DNA from: Phoronis australis
Taxonomy: Eukaryota; Animalia; Phoronida
DNA: 64,000 bases
Assembly: GCA_002633005.1 (NCBI GenBank)
Contig: NMRA01000147.1
Span: forward strand, 310,001-374,000
Direction of reading: 5' to 3'
Position numbers and translations under genes: made by a program. The notes under the pieces were generated by a model that was given only the letters and a program-made list of their open reading frames with translations, was not told the DNA's origin and did not search any database. Numbering within the stretch: the first letter of the stretch is position 1; the number at the start of each line of letters is the position of its first letter. Below, in pieces: positions 28,605 to 40,218 of the stretch.

Positions 28605-29265
28605 TTTTTAGGGCCATTTTGCAATTTTTGGTGGGTGGAACCACAGCTCTGTTGTTTATGAAAGTTTCTTTTGTTTTTTGTGAATAGACGATTAAGGTCA
28701 TCGGAAATTTGTCATTTATTTTATTCTAAGGATTACCGTTCTCGAAATATTTGAAATTTTCCGGTGACAGGTCGATAACTGGTTGTATTTTTGTCCCGTA
28801 TCTCGGGCATGCCTTGACGGATCTTTCTGAAAATCGGTTTGTGGATAGATCTCACTAAGCTTTAACTGAACAGCGCCATCTGTTTCTCGCCACCACTTAC
28901 CGTTTTCGAGATATTTGAGATTTACTGGTCTCTTATTGACTTGTTTCTCACCGTACTTTTTGGCCTATCACATTTGTGCTAGAGATCGCATTTTTTGTGT
29001 GATCGACATGAAACCTATTTGCAGCATTTATCTAATCAATACCTTGAAGATTATGTTTTTTGTGACGGTTATTTTTTAATATTATTTGCGGAGCTCTAGT
29101 TTCGCAATCATTTGACCGAAACTTCTCAAATTTGGTACTTATTGAAATAGATTTCCTCAGAGGCTATCTGCGATGCGTTTTTTGGTTTCAGCTCGCTATG
29201 ACTTACCGTTCACCAGTTACTCGAGATTTTCTGAATTGATGACTGTCTTCTATTGACTGAGTCTT
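28605..29265 (+). repeat. Interspersed repeat with internally repeated modules (possible non-autonomous Helentron-like element)
   Basis: Module TTACCGTT..CGAGAT(A/T)TT..GA...TATTGACT recurs at ~28734, ~28898 and ~29202; a similar module lies at ~2467-2655. Classification is inference. Confidence 0.4.
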
Positions 29266-29715
29266 GAATGCATTTTAATGATTCATCATTTACTGTGCCT
29301 TGATGTAATAAGAGTTGGGGTCATGTTGTCGACCTCACACCTAAATTTTAATTCGGTTTCGCAAGGTTTCGCTCCCCAAAGCGGTTTCATATGCCAACTT
29401 TCGATGGTATCGCGATTGCTTACTTTAAAAAACTGCAACTGTGAAGGCAGGTGTGTTTTTAAACCGAGTTCATGCAACTACTGTTTTCACTTATAAACGG
29501 TAATGACCTTCTACCAGATGGTAACCAACCCACCAATTATTCATATTTTATATTGAATTCCCGTTTGTATCGGTTTCCTGTGTAGCCCATGACAATTTGA
29601 ATTTAGTCTGGAAATAAAATGTTGACCCGGAAACTTTATTTGACAAATGAGATAATTTCACATAAAACAAATACAACAAAAATACCCAGATGGCAAGGTA
29701 TCTGCTGCACTCCAG

Positions 29716-29868
29716 GGCCCAGTTGCATAAAAGTTATACGCCGAAAAGCAACAATCAATGGCGTCGCATTATCACGCGCCACGTTGTTATTGTTGAACAA
29801 TGCACCTGACGTCACGCAACAATCAAACTTATCCAGCGGATAATTTTGAAATTTTATGCAACCGGGTC
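29716..29868. mobile_element. 153-bp Harbinger MITE sharing TIRs with the element ending at 33501
   Basis: GGCCCAGTTGCATAAAA / TTTTATGCAACCGGGTC (15 of 17 match), flanks CAG / CAT; contains the TTATACGCCG and CTTATCC subterminal motifs. Confidence 0.85.
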
Positions 29869-31108
29869 CATATGATCTAACCCGTCAGTGGCCGAATCTA
29901 CTCAGGCTGACGTCATCGATGGAGATTTGTCTGAGGAACTAGATGACTAAAATGGCGCTTGCTTAGAAATTTATACCACCAGTGCCTGGATACTGTTGGG
30001 TTGCTTTGGATTTTTAGCTTATGCTCAAGTCGTCAGGTGGCAGGCTTCGATTTGACTGATATCATGCTAGTTCATCATACTGCGCCCGTAACAAACTTGT
30101 TAGACAACTATTAAAAAAACTTCATGTTTGTAATGTATTGGGGAATTCTAACTGTTTGCATAAGCTTTTTTCGACCTCGTTACGAAATACGATCATATTA
30201 TTATACACGTTGTTTTGGTTGGGATACCATCAGCAAATTCGTGGCTAATTGGTAACGGATGATAACTTGAGGTGCAGGACAGTCACGAGACTAAATGAAA
30301 ATATAATTGCAGTGAAATCAGAAGACACAAGTTTATTAACATATCGCAATGCGAATCGTATTGAATCATTGCATACATGTACTAATCAAACGACACCTTC
30401 ATTGACCACTTCTCGCTCGTGAACTTTGAATTAAAGATATATTTAATACTGCAACGCTGAATTATAACAAGACTTTAAACATTTGTAACGGAATTCGTGT
30501 GTATTTTACTGACAATTTTGCCAATTTAAACAAAGACCAATTTAAACAAATACCCTGTAGTCACATCAGTCGAAGTCAGTGAAAGTAGAATGGAAGTACC
30601 TGTAGACATACAGGAATTTGCTCTCTGTATGTTATCTTGCTTTTCATTAGCTAGTGTAAACCATATTAGCAAGAGAGTAACCAATGAAGGTAGTGCTTAC
30701 TTAATGATTTAAAATGACCTACTTACCTACCTCATTATCATAAGGCACGAGTTTAAAGCGAATAATACCTTAAGACGCTAATAACTTTTGTTAATTTTAA
30801 TTCTATATCTGGCAACGCCCAACCATTGACCAGTGATAGTTTCAGGGGATTGTGATATGTGTTGCTTGTTTGTAACATGACTATGCCATTATAACTTTAT
30901 TTACAAGTCTAACCAAGTTTTGACCGGCTGGCTAGACCTGGCGGAGGCATAACAGCGGGAAGGTGAAGCGTTTCCGCTACTTGTTTATCTTTAAATATTA
31001 ATGAGTTTCATAGAGACGTAACCTGTACAGTGTATGTAAATAAGTATTTACAGGCACGTTCCAGAAGCAGAACATGGAACACAAGATTGCTTACACGTTG
31101 AAAATCAA

Positions 31109-31711
31109 TGTTACCTGTGGTCGTTGCAAGGCCCGAATGAGCAAAAATACAGTTCTGGGTAAAAACCAACAAAGAATAAGACGATTGGTGACAGTAATGG
31201 GCGTCTATTATATACAATGCGTCGTTTGCACAAACTCCGTCTCCCCCCGCTCCACTACAGACCTTCGTTGCGCCCATTTCGGTACCGCCTTGGTTCCAGG
31301 TATTGCACCGGCCTCCTATTTGGATTCGAGGTGTTCTATTTCTTTCTCGCGGGCCGTTTTTTGCGGACGCAGAGGGAGGGTGGCCAGTTTCGTCCTGGCC
31401 TTGGTGACGTCAGTCGGTCGGCTCAAAGGCCTGGGTGACGTCACTCCGTCAGCTTAATTTCAGTACCTCCGGCTTCTGTCGCGTATATAATTCATCAGGC
31501 CTGTCGCTTCCAAAATTAATGATGTATCATTAAAAAGTTTTTACTCTTTCTTGAGTAAACTAAATTATTTACCCGGGTGTTGGAAAATTGGCGTTCTTCA
31601 GTAATCCTGCTGCTAAAATTGCGATGCGCTCTTTTGGCGCCATTGCGTCACCTATCGGGCCAATTTCTATGTTCTTCAATCAGCTGTGGAGGTTGCGTAC
31701 ATGTCATAACA
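31109..31711 (-). mobile_element. Probable solo LTR (603 bp)
   Basis: Termini TGTTA...TAACA; flanks ATCAA / ATCAT (4 of 5 match, TSD-like); GC-richer interior without a convincing ORF; minus-strand end TGTATATAATAGAC...CAGGTAACA resembles an LTR R/U5 end. Confidence 0.55.
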
Positions 31712-32162
31712 ATCATTTAGTTACAAGTTTTTACTATTTTGATACCAAAAAAACTGCTTTTTACAATTTCAGAAAATACTCTCGAGAGATATCGCAAAGT
31801 TTTGGGAAATGGCGAGTACGTGCGCGTGTCACGAGATTGCACTGTTTTCAAAACGAAGGCACTTGATTTTCCTTTGTTAGATAAGGGCGGAGAATTGCGA
31901 AAAGTTGTAACGTTTATTAGATTTTGTTTACTTCTACAAACGGCTGTAACGGGCACTGTGAATGTCGATTCATTCCCAGCTTCGTCATGCACCCCTGCGA
32001 GTTGTTAGCTCTAAGTTTCACGACGAGGTGACGAGCTGAGCACCCGGGTTGTGTGAAATTTCGGTGTCTAACGGAACTCTACATACGGCTACCTAGCTGT
32101 ATGTTGACGACAGTCTTCATACAGCTAGCTGTTTTTCTACCTCAGTATGTAAATTTATGATG

Positions 32163-32269
32163 CAGGGGCGGATCCAGGATTTTGAGTTGGGGGGGGGCAC
32201 GGCAAATAGAGTATTAGCCAGAATTTTGCCCTTCAGACATTCGTACCCCCGAACTGCGGTGTCTGGTGT
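32163..32269 (+). mobile_element. Left part of a CAGGGGCGGATCCAGG MITE
   Basis: First ~100 bp align with the complete 42941-43098 element (GGATCCAGGATTTTGAGTT...AGAGTATTAGCCAG.ATTTTGCC...AGACATTCG.ACCCCCG). Confidence 0.8.
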
Positions 32270-32769
32270 AAGGATCCCCAGTGCTCAAACAGTTACATGT
32301 ACATTGGTAAAACGCAACAGTCCATTAAAATGCGTATGTCACAACATCGCCGTCCTAGTTACGGGGACACTTATGATTCGGCTATTTTTAGCCACATATG
32401 CGCTACTGGACATGATTTCAATACGGATGNATAAATTTGTTCCAGGCAGTTGTGGTTTAACTTACAATAATTAAAAAGAGGGAAAATTTACATGTCAGCA
32501 ATATTGATGAGTTTAACGTAAGTAACACAACGGTATCTAAATAGATATGCGATTGCAAACTGTGAATTGAAAAGTTGGCAATTACATACATAGCAAGTGC
32601 GCGTTCAGTGCCCATCGAGAACCCCTTATCTGTTAATAATAGGTCAGCGTCTTGTACCGGAAGAATGGGTCAAGTTCGATAGCAATGCAAGACTCGTTGA
32701 GATTTGTCAAACCCAAAGCCAATTCCCTGATAAGAAGTAGCTGATAAAGTTGCGTAAGTTTGTCAATAC

Positions 32770-33307
32770 CTTTTTCATCGCAGATCAACATGACGTTGAG
32801 ACTGTGGTCGTTCTTCCTGTTCACGAAGTCGGGCTCGTTCTCGGTTGGTGCAATTATCTTGACATGTGTTCCATCAACACAACCTATTACCCCGGGAAAT
32901 CGAGCCATTCTGTAGAAACCGGCCTTTATCTCGTTGAGCCTCTGTGGGGTTGTGGGAAATGTTACAAATCTGTTTAAATGTTGAACAATTGCGGAGGTGA
33001 CGCGTGACACAATTCGACTAACAGTTGACTTGTGCAGACTGTGGAACGTGTCACCGACAACGTTCATGAAGCTGCCAGTTGCGAGGTACCTCAGGCATAC
33101 CAACACTTGAATCAGGGTTGACACTGAGAAATTTCTTCTTGTGGCAGGCTTAACATCTTGGTCTACTAGCCCACAAATAAAACGGATGGCTTCTCGCCCA
33201 AAGCGAAACGTCCCTCTCAGCTCTTCATCCGTGTACTTGTTGAGGGGATCAGTAACTTCTCTTTCAAATTGCCTCAGCCTTGGTCTAAATCTATACAGTG
33301 CATTCAT
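32770..33307 (-). pseudogene. Harbinger (PIF/Harbinger, HARBI1-like) DDE transposase, N-terminal part only
   Basis: ORF with FRF.R, LRYLATGSF, KSTVSRIV (HTH), FPGVIGCVDGTHV (first catalytic D) and NRK..HSLNV..ICD. Similarity stops at CDEKG, at a possible donor G|GTATTG; the remaining catalytic exon(s) are not seen. Confidence 0.92.
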
Positions 33308-33345
33308 TTTGATTGAGTTATCCGAGGTCCGATGGTCGGGTAACT

Positions 33346-33501
33346 TTATATGGCGGATAGTGTGAGTTATACGGTGGATAACTCTATACGATTTTTATGC
33401 AACCCAACTTATCCGGCGTATAAAAAGTTATACGCCGGATAAGGACTTATCCGGCGTATAAGGCCTTATACGCCGGATAGCAAGTTTTATGCAACCGGGC
33501 C
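33346..33501 (-). mobile_element. Harbinger 5' terminus: TIR plus subterminal palindromic repeats
   Basis: TTTTATGCAACCGGGCC|CTG (33485-33501, CWG target); TTATCCGGCGTATAA in alternating orientation at 33409, 33428, 33447 and 33466, plus two degenerate copies. Confidence 0.9.
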
Positions 33502-33995
33502 CTGGTGTTGCCAAATTCTACCGGAGGACTGAAAAAAAAACGAGAACATGATTCCGTTGCGCTCTGCCCTCCCCCCGCTGCCCATTCCAAATTGGTGCAA
33601 TCGTTTCTTCACGCTGTTGCTGCTGTTTATTTTCCCTTGCACCAGCCAAGGAGGGCCCGGGCCCCCTGGGCCCTCCCCCTACATCCGCCTATGTACTATG
33701 TGCTTGAGTACATTACATTTTATGCAAATGAGTTTCTAGTCCAATTTTACATTTGACGACACCTAGATTTGAGATTCGAGCGACAAAACTTGAGTAAAAA
33801 TCGAGATATCGGCACTGACTCGAAATTCTAGGTTTGATGGTGGGTCTGTCAAACCACGTGAAACATGATGTAAGGAATGATAAACATTTATCTTGAATTT
33901 GCATAAAAGTGGACTGAAAAATATCGAAAACTATTTCCAGCTCGATTTCGAGTACAAGGGCTAGACACCAGACTAAGGATTTTTATTGTCGTTGC

Positions 33996-33999
33996 AGTT

Positions 34000-34037
<38 letters not shown>

Positions 34038-34038
34038 G
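33996..34038. repeat. (TTG)n microsatellite
   Basis: Direct read. Confidence 0.95.
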
Positions 34039-35349
34039 GTTCCTGTTGTTGTTTACCTACTTTGTGGGTCTCACATGTTACATGTTATGTTATGGGGCTG
34101 GCAATCTCCATAGAAACATAAGAATGTCTTGTTTGATATTTATATGCAAAATGTATAAATCGAGTGAAAAATTAACGTTTCATGGTGCCCAAACTTACAT
34201 ATAGATCACTAGTGGAAAAATAAAAAAGATCCTAAACTTGAACAAAATGTTACAGAATATTTGATTGTTTCCTATCCTAGTGTTTGTACCATTTCCTTTT
34301 ACTAATACCGATATACATTTTAACTTTACTCATAAGCTGGCCATGAATTGAAAATTGACTACGACAACCATTCTTAATGAACGAATTTCCTATTAGCAAT
34401 TCTAAAGTACCATGCCTGGCTTCAGGATTGGCACCCACGCCCCCCTTGCGTCTCTTTTCAGTAATAACACCTAAACATAAGTTGAACCGAAATGATGCTT
34501 CAACGCTATTTCTTAAATCATGCCAAGTCACACTGAGAGAAATTAAGTTAAATGATTTCACTATTATAAGCAAAGTGATAACAAACCCATTTTTAATGAA
34601 TTATTTTTCATTAACAACCAAACAACGGTGTACCTTTGATTCTGTGCGTTCATCTCGCCTCTCAAGTATTCAATGCCAAAATAGACGTCATAGGCGCTGC
34701 ATTGTTAGTATTTCTAAAGACTGAAATCTGTTTAACGCGCAGTGTTAAATCATATCGCTGCAAGGGACATTTTAAGTACATGTTACTTAATAAAAAATTT
34801 AATGATGTTCCAGTTCCATATCGCCTTATCGTACGTGTTCCAGGTACGTGGGAATATGGTGCTGAGTTTCTTGCAAGTCAGGTGAGATCACGAGTGACTA
34901 GACAAGACTAGCAACATGGCTGTCACTGAAGTGAGGCTTGAATTTCGAAATTGGAGAGGAATTTCACGGTTTCCGTTCCTCAAGCTAAGATTTCTCTCTG
35001 CGAATCTCGTGAGTGTTGCCCTGGACTGCGTTCATTAACGCCATGGTCTCCCACGATAACGTATGACATTAGGACACGCTGAGCGGTATTGCAAAAGCTT
35101 TCACTCAGTGCAATCGGCCTGAAAATTTAAACTTTGTCACTGATTATTCACGATGATACATTTCTTTCACCAGAAATAGAGCTCTTTCCATATTGACAGG
35201 ACAGAAGTGAGTTCCGCTTGATCCTAAATCAGATTTGGTGCACTGAAATTCAATTACTACATAGTGGTCCATAAATAAAAAAGCAGAGGAAAAATCCCGC
35301 AATCAGTCCCTCCTGTATTTTGATTAGTTAATGCTCATTAATTTATTTT

Positions 35350-35545
35350 AGCTTTTTGACACCGGCTCGGATCGAAATTCTCCCGCTTTATCAGCGGTAG
35401 CCGCTGGCTTTGTCGCGGATTCATCTTCACAGCGGGAAATGCATGGAACTGGATGTCCTTGCACCAATTGATATTTCCAAAGGTTTACCTTTTTGTATGG
35501 CGGTGGTATATCCCACCGCACAACAGTGGAACTTTGCCGGCATTC
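35350..35545 (-). pseudogene. Second THAP-domain remnant of a DNA transposon
   Basis: MPAKFHCCAVGYT then, after frameshifts, DIQFHAFPAVKMNPRQSQRLPLIKRENFDPSRCQK (THAP C..C / FH.FP / IKR..F.P pattern). Confidence 0.65.
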
Positions 35546-36533
35546 CAATAACAGGAAAGGTGTTAAATACGCTGTTTAGTAGGTTGAAAGCTCCCGTCCG
35601 CATTTCCTGGGATCTGTAGGTGGCGCTGAATGCCTGTCCACCAAAGACCTGATCGCTGTCTGGCGGGTAAGTGAATTTCAATATGGCGCGGCTATTTCGA
35701 AAGTAAGCTATTGGGATGAAGGGGTTGAAGATAACTGAGCTTTATACTGTTTCAACTTTCAACTTGCAAGAACTATGACATTTCCGCTACAGTACAGTAC
35801 CGTGTCTGAAGTGATCAGATATCTGTGAACGAGGCTTGACGTGTCAACGGGCTGGCGTAAACTGAATGATCTTAAATTCTTGGTGCATGATATACATATG
35901 TACTGCTGTATGAAACAGTTCGTTTGCTTCCCAGTCTCACTTATCCTAATGCGTAAGAGAAAGTTTCATGAAAGATCTGTACTTGTCACGATCTGCAGCC
36001 GGGTGACACCGCTCGCCACTTTAAATTGATTGCCAAGAACTGATTAGCAAGGCCGACTTTTCGACTGGACCACAGCGTAGCGATTGACACTTTTAAAACT
36101 TGGGCCAAAACAACAAATTGCGATGCCAGAATAAGTGTGAAGTCAAATTGCTGTACAATAAGGATATTCTGACGATTTTCGAAAATATTGAAACTAAAAT
36201 TACACTGGAAATCTATGACTGACAACAGTCAGGGAGAGTGAAGACCGGCGGTTGAGTGAGCTAGACAAATTCACTGATTACTGTCTGTGGTTGTAGGCGA
36301 TAGAGGCAAGCTACATTTTGTCAGTTGCAGTTAAAAAATCTTGAAATTTACAATTAATTTGAAATGTAAATAGATACATGTCCAATTTTCCTCCAAAGTG
36401 GTCGGCGACAATGCCGGCGACCAAACAACTTCAGAAAAAATGCTTTGTGTTTAGGCAAATAGTATTAGATAAATTGTGAGATTAAAATATAAGAACGATT
36501 TAAAGCCCTTTAAACTCTTTTAGTTGTCTTCTG

Positions 36534-36928
36534 GGCCCGGAATCTAATTTTTGTACTCAAAACGAACTCGAAATTATATTTGGCAATTTCTCTGCTACTT
36601 TTGTGCAAACTCAAGATAAGTGGTTATTAGACTGTGCTCGAATACGTTATAATTCACGCATATGAGTTTCTAGTCCAAGTTTGCGCTTGATGACCCTTAC
36701 ATTCGTGATACAAACTCGAGTAAAAACTCGAAATGTCGAGCTCAAACTCGAACTTTCAACCTTAATGTTGGGTTTAACACCTGCAAACTAGGACTAAAAA
36801 ATTCCGCGTAAGTTATGTACTTCAGAATAGAATAATAGATACTTATATGAGTTCGCAAAAAAGTAGAGTAGAAAATGCCAAATGTAATTTCGAGTTCCAT
36901 TTCGAGTAAAACGATTAGAACCCGGGCC
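36534..36928. mobile_element. 395-bp Harbinger-type MITE with CTG TSD
   Basis: CTG|GGCCCGGAATCTAAT ... ATTAGAACCCGGGCC|CTG; interior (TGAGTTTCTAGTCCA, ACAAACTCGAGT) recurs at ~33700-33970, ~51935-52145 and reversed at ~62090-62266. Confidence 0.85.
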
Positions 36929-38782
36929 CTGGTTTCTTTAGTTTCGTTTTGATTAGACAAAAAACATAAATCATGCTTCTTCGGAAGAATACCAAAACAA
37001 GACTGACCTGTAGTTGGATAGAGACCGGTGGTCGCGCTGAACTCGTCACATCAATATACATAAAAGAAAACTATTATTTGTGTGTGGATTGCTTTGGTTT
37101 AAAGACCTTTCCTAACGTTTTTGTACTAGTGGCGAATCTAGCAGTATCTTCCAAGGTTTTGGTGCTTACCGGGAACGTTCACAGACAGGGTAGATCTTGT
37201 TAATACTACGATTTGCAAGCTATTGTGTCTTTGGTCGGATTCAGTTCAAGAAAATCACGCACTAACATTCCTGCATAGATCCTAACCACTGCACTCGGTA
37301 GGCCTCTCGTGGAGATTCGTTGACATTTTTTAATGACATTTTGGCCAACCGATAGTATTGATGGTTATCTTTTCTCACTTTTATAGGTTTTGTCTAATAA
37401 ATTGAAGTTAAAGACAATTCAGAAAGTAGTAATATTTCTTGGCTAAGTGGTACATTATATCTTCGCTTTGAAGGTACATGTAGGGCAGCAAAATCAAGTA
37501 CAGGTGCGCGTTATTGCAATTCAGAAAAGAGGACACTGCTTTTGACTCTAAATTTTCATTCATTCGTTTTTTGAAAATTTACCGTTTGGGGATGTTTGCT
37601 CTATAATTTTAACAGCCAGCAAGATCGACGATTGTTTGCTGGCAAGTGAACTCATCATAGTGCGGAGATGCTAGCCGAGACGATTTCCAGGCAATTCCCT
37701 CGAAGTATTTCATATCACGGGTTTACGTAAGGGCGATGATGAAAAGACTCTCCCCAATCCAGAAAGTTGGCTCTCTTTATCAATACCAGAACGGTCTTAT
37801 ACAGTAGTTGAAATTCGACATTATTTTGCCATGAGTTGGTTGCGAGAAGTGCAGGTGATTTCACCTCACAATATTAAATATATCACTCCAAATGCAAAAA
37901 ATAGGTAAATGTTTCGATATTAGAAATCAAATTTGTGTAACAAGAACCAAAATATGAATCAAAAACAACCAAAGACATTGACAACAGTTTTACGCTCAGT
38001 TGGTATCGATGCGCTCCAAGGACAACATGGCTGACATTCAGGAATGTTCTTGAACTGGTGTTTTGGGAACGCAGGTGACGGAAATAGACGAGAACAGTCG
38101 ATGATTTTCTCGACTTCAGACAGGACACAAAATTATGTTAAAAACCTTGTAGCTTGATATCAGAAAAGAAAAATACAATAATAATAAATATTATTTATTT
38201 GCTTTATATATTATCAACTGTTTGAAATAGATTAACCCCTTGAGATGAAAACCTTAAACCTATCAACCACCAAAAATGTTATTTCAAAAACATTGGTTGT
38301 GCAAGCAGTGAACTATATAAAGATTTCAAATAAGTTTAACTTGATTCAAAATAGTTTATCGTTAACATCCCCGCTATTTCCTGAAAGGCTGCTATGAACA
38401 CATTCATGTCCTTTACGTGCATTTAACATGTTAAAAGGACTTCCATTTGTGACGTCGTATAATCAGAGAATGTTAAGTTAATTGTTTTAATCGAGAGCAA
38501 TAATTTATAAATCAACAGTCGGGTCTTATTAGTATTTCTCAATGTATGTATCGATTTCCTCTTTGCTTCATTGGGAAGTTGACTTTAAAGGGATGTGGCT
38601 ATCGTAAGCAAAGAATTTGACTTTTTGATATTTTTTACTTCAGTTTGATGTGAGCAGTGAAAAGTTACAAGTTTTTGCTTGATTTGATGACTTAGTGGAA
38701 TGTTTCTAAGTACAACTTGTAAATTTTTGACGATGTCTTCAAAAAAGTTTGCTACTCAGACAACTTGGTGTATGTTGCGAAA

Positions 38783-38930
38783 GTGTGACGGACGTACATG
38801 TCGGACGTACATGAAGGACGGACGTGACAGACCTACGTAACGGGCGTACATTATGGACGTACGTTATGGACGTACGTGACGGACATACGTGGCGGACGTG
38901 TGTTACGGACGTTCGTGACGGACACACGCT
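38783..38930. repeat. Degenerate ~13-bp tandem repeat (GTGACGGACGTAC-like)
   Basis: Repeated GGACGTAC/GTGACGGAC units; a short relative lies at ~41120-41160. Confidence 0.85.
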
Positions 38931-39659
38931 CTGAATTTCCAATGTTAAACCATTTGCTGTAACTGAGATATCAAACCTGACTAATTCAAACGTTAGTATT
39001 TAAGATATATTGGGCAAATGATTTGAAATTAAATTAGTACAATGAAAAATATATTTCCTTTTCTTTAAATCAAAATACACCGACCTTCCTTTTCTACGAG
39101 ATCATTACCTCAGGTAGGGTTATGCTGTGTATTTATATCATGATATCGATTTACGACACTTTTAATTGAATTGAACACCCAATAATACTTACTTCTTTTT
39201 AAAAATGGAAGAAGACATTATTATTGTATTCGACAGCCGCCGGCATTTGGTAAAACACTTTGTGTGTATCGTAGGTACAATAAAAATTTGTGGCTATCCC
39301 AAATGACAAAACGCAAAGTAGCGTTCAAAAGGTTAATTGTCACGGTAATAAAATGCCTTTTGATTACTTGCTTATTGAAATGGTACTCGCCCTAAGCTTG
39401 TGCTGGTTTCTTGTCTGGGCCATTCCGCTAATGGTTCTGCTGCATGATCGTGTTAATAATAAAGCTGATGTTTTAAAAGTATTAGAAACAGGTCTTCAGT
39501 GTCTTCGTGTCCGGCACACTATTGGTTCAACATGGTTTAGTAGACATCATTGATCCTTTCACTGATCTTTGATCAAGGACAGAGGTGTTGTCTTGAAGTG
39601 TTCAGGCAAATACTACAAGTTGAACTAAATTTAGGAATACTTGGAGCTAATGAAATTAT

Positions 39660-40218
39660 CAGAGTTAAACTGGTTAAAAATAATCACTGAGAAACCAAAA
39701 CTGTACTTGTATAAATCGGTTAAGAATGACTAATGTGTAGAAGAGTATTTACGTCTGCCGGTGTCTCAGAGGTCCGTCATAGCTCGATTGAGAGCAGGTA
39801 TTCTACCATTAGAGGTTGAGGTGGGGCGGTACTTCGGAATTCCTGTGAATGAGCGAATTTGTCGTGTTTGTAAAAACGGAATTGAAGATGAAGTTCATTT
39901 CATTTTTGATTGTGAAAAATATACTCACTTTCGACCATACTTTATACGGGATTTTGCCCTACCTCAAATATTCCAAAATAATTTGAAAGGACTAGCGAAA
40001 TTCATTCAAGACGCTTTGCAGGTTAGAAGTAATTGTTTGTTTATAAACTATTCTGAAGTGGTCATATTTGAGCTTTTGCAATATGTTATGTAATTATTTA
40101 ATTATTATTAAGTGACTGAGTAAGCCCATTGAGGCTGGGGGGTGTGGTGAATATTCTGTCTTCGATATTGTATTTACTGGCACCCTTATGTCACTATAAT
40201 AAATAAATATAATAAAAT
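39660..40218 (+). mobile_element. 5'-truncated non-LTR retrotransposon 3' end (L2/CR1-group ORF2 C-terminus, 3' UTR, A-rich tail)
   Basis: KPKLYLYK...*...QRSVIARLRAGILPLEVEVGRY...ERICRVC...EDEVHFIFDC (CCHC-type C-terminal domain), an in-frame stop at ~39731, and tail ATAATAAATAAATATAATAAAAT. Confidence 0.88.

Noticed and set aside
31008-31992. ORFs as the missing Harbinger Myb/SANT gene
   Set aside because: No spaced-Trp trihelix pattern; the region is better explained as a solo LTR plus flank.
32267-32466. TGTAAG...CTTACA as a short solo LTR
   Set aside because: No TSD and no second copy; a 6-bp match can be chance.
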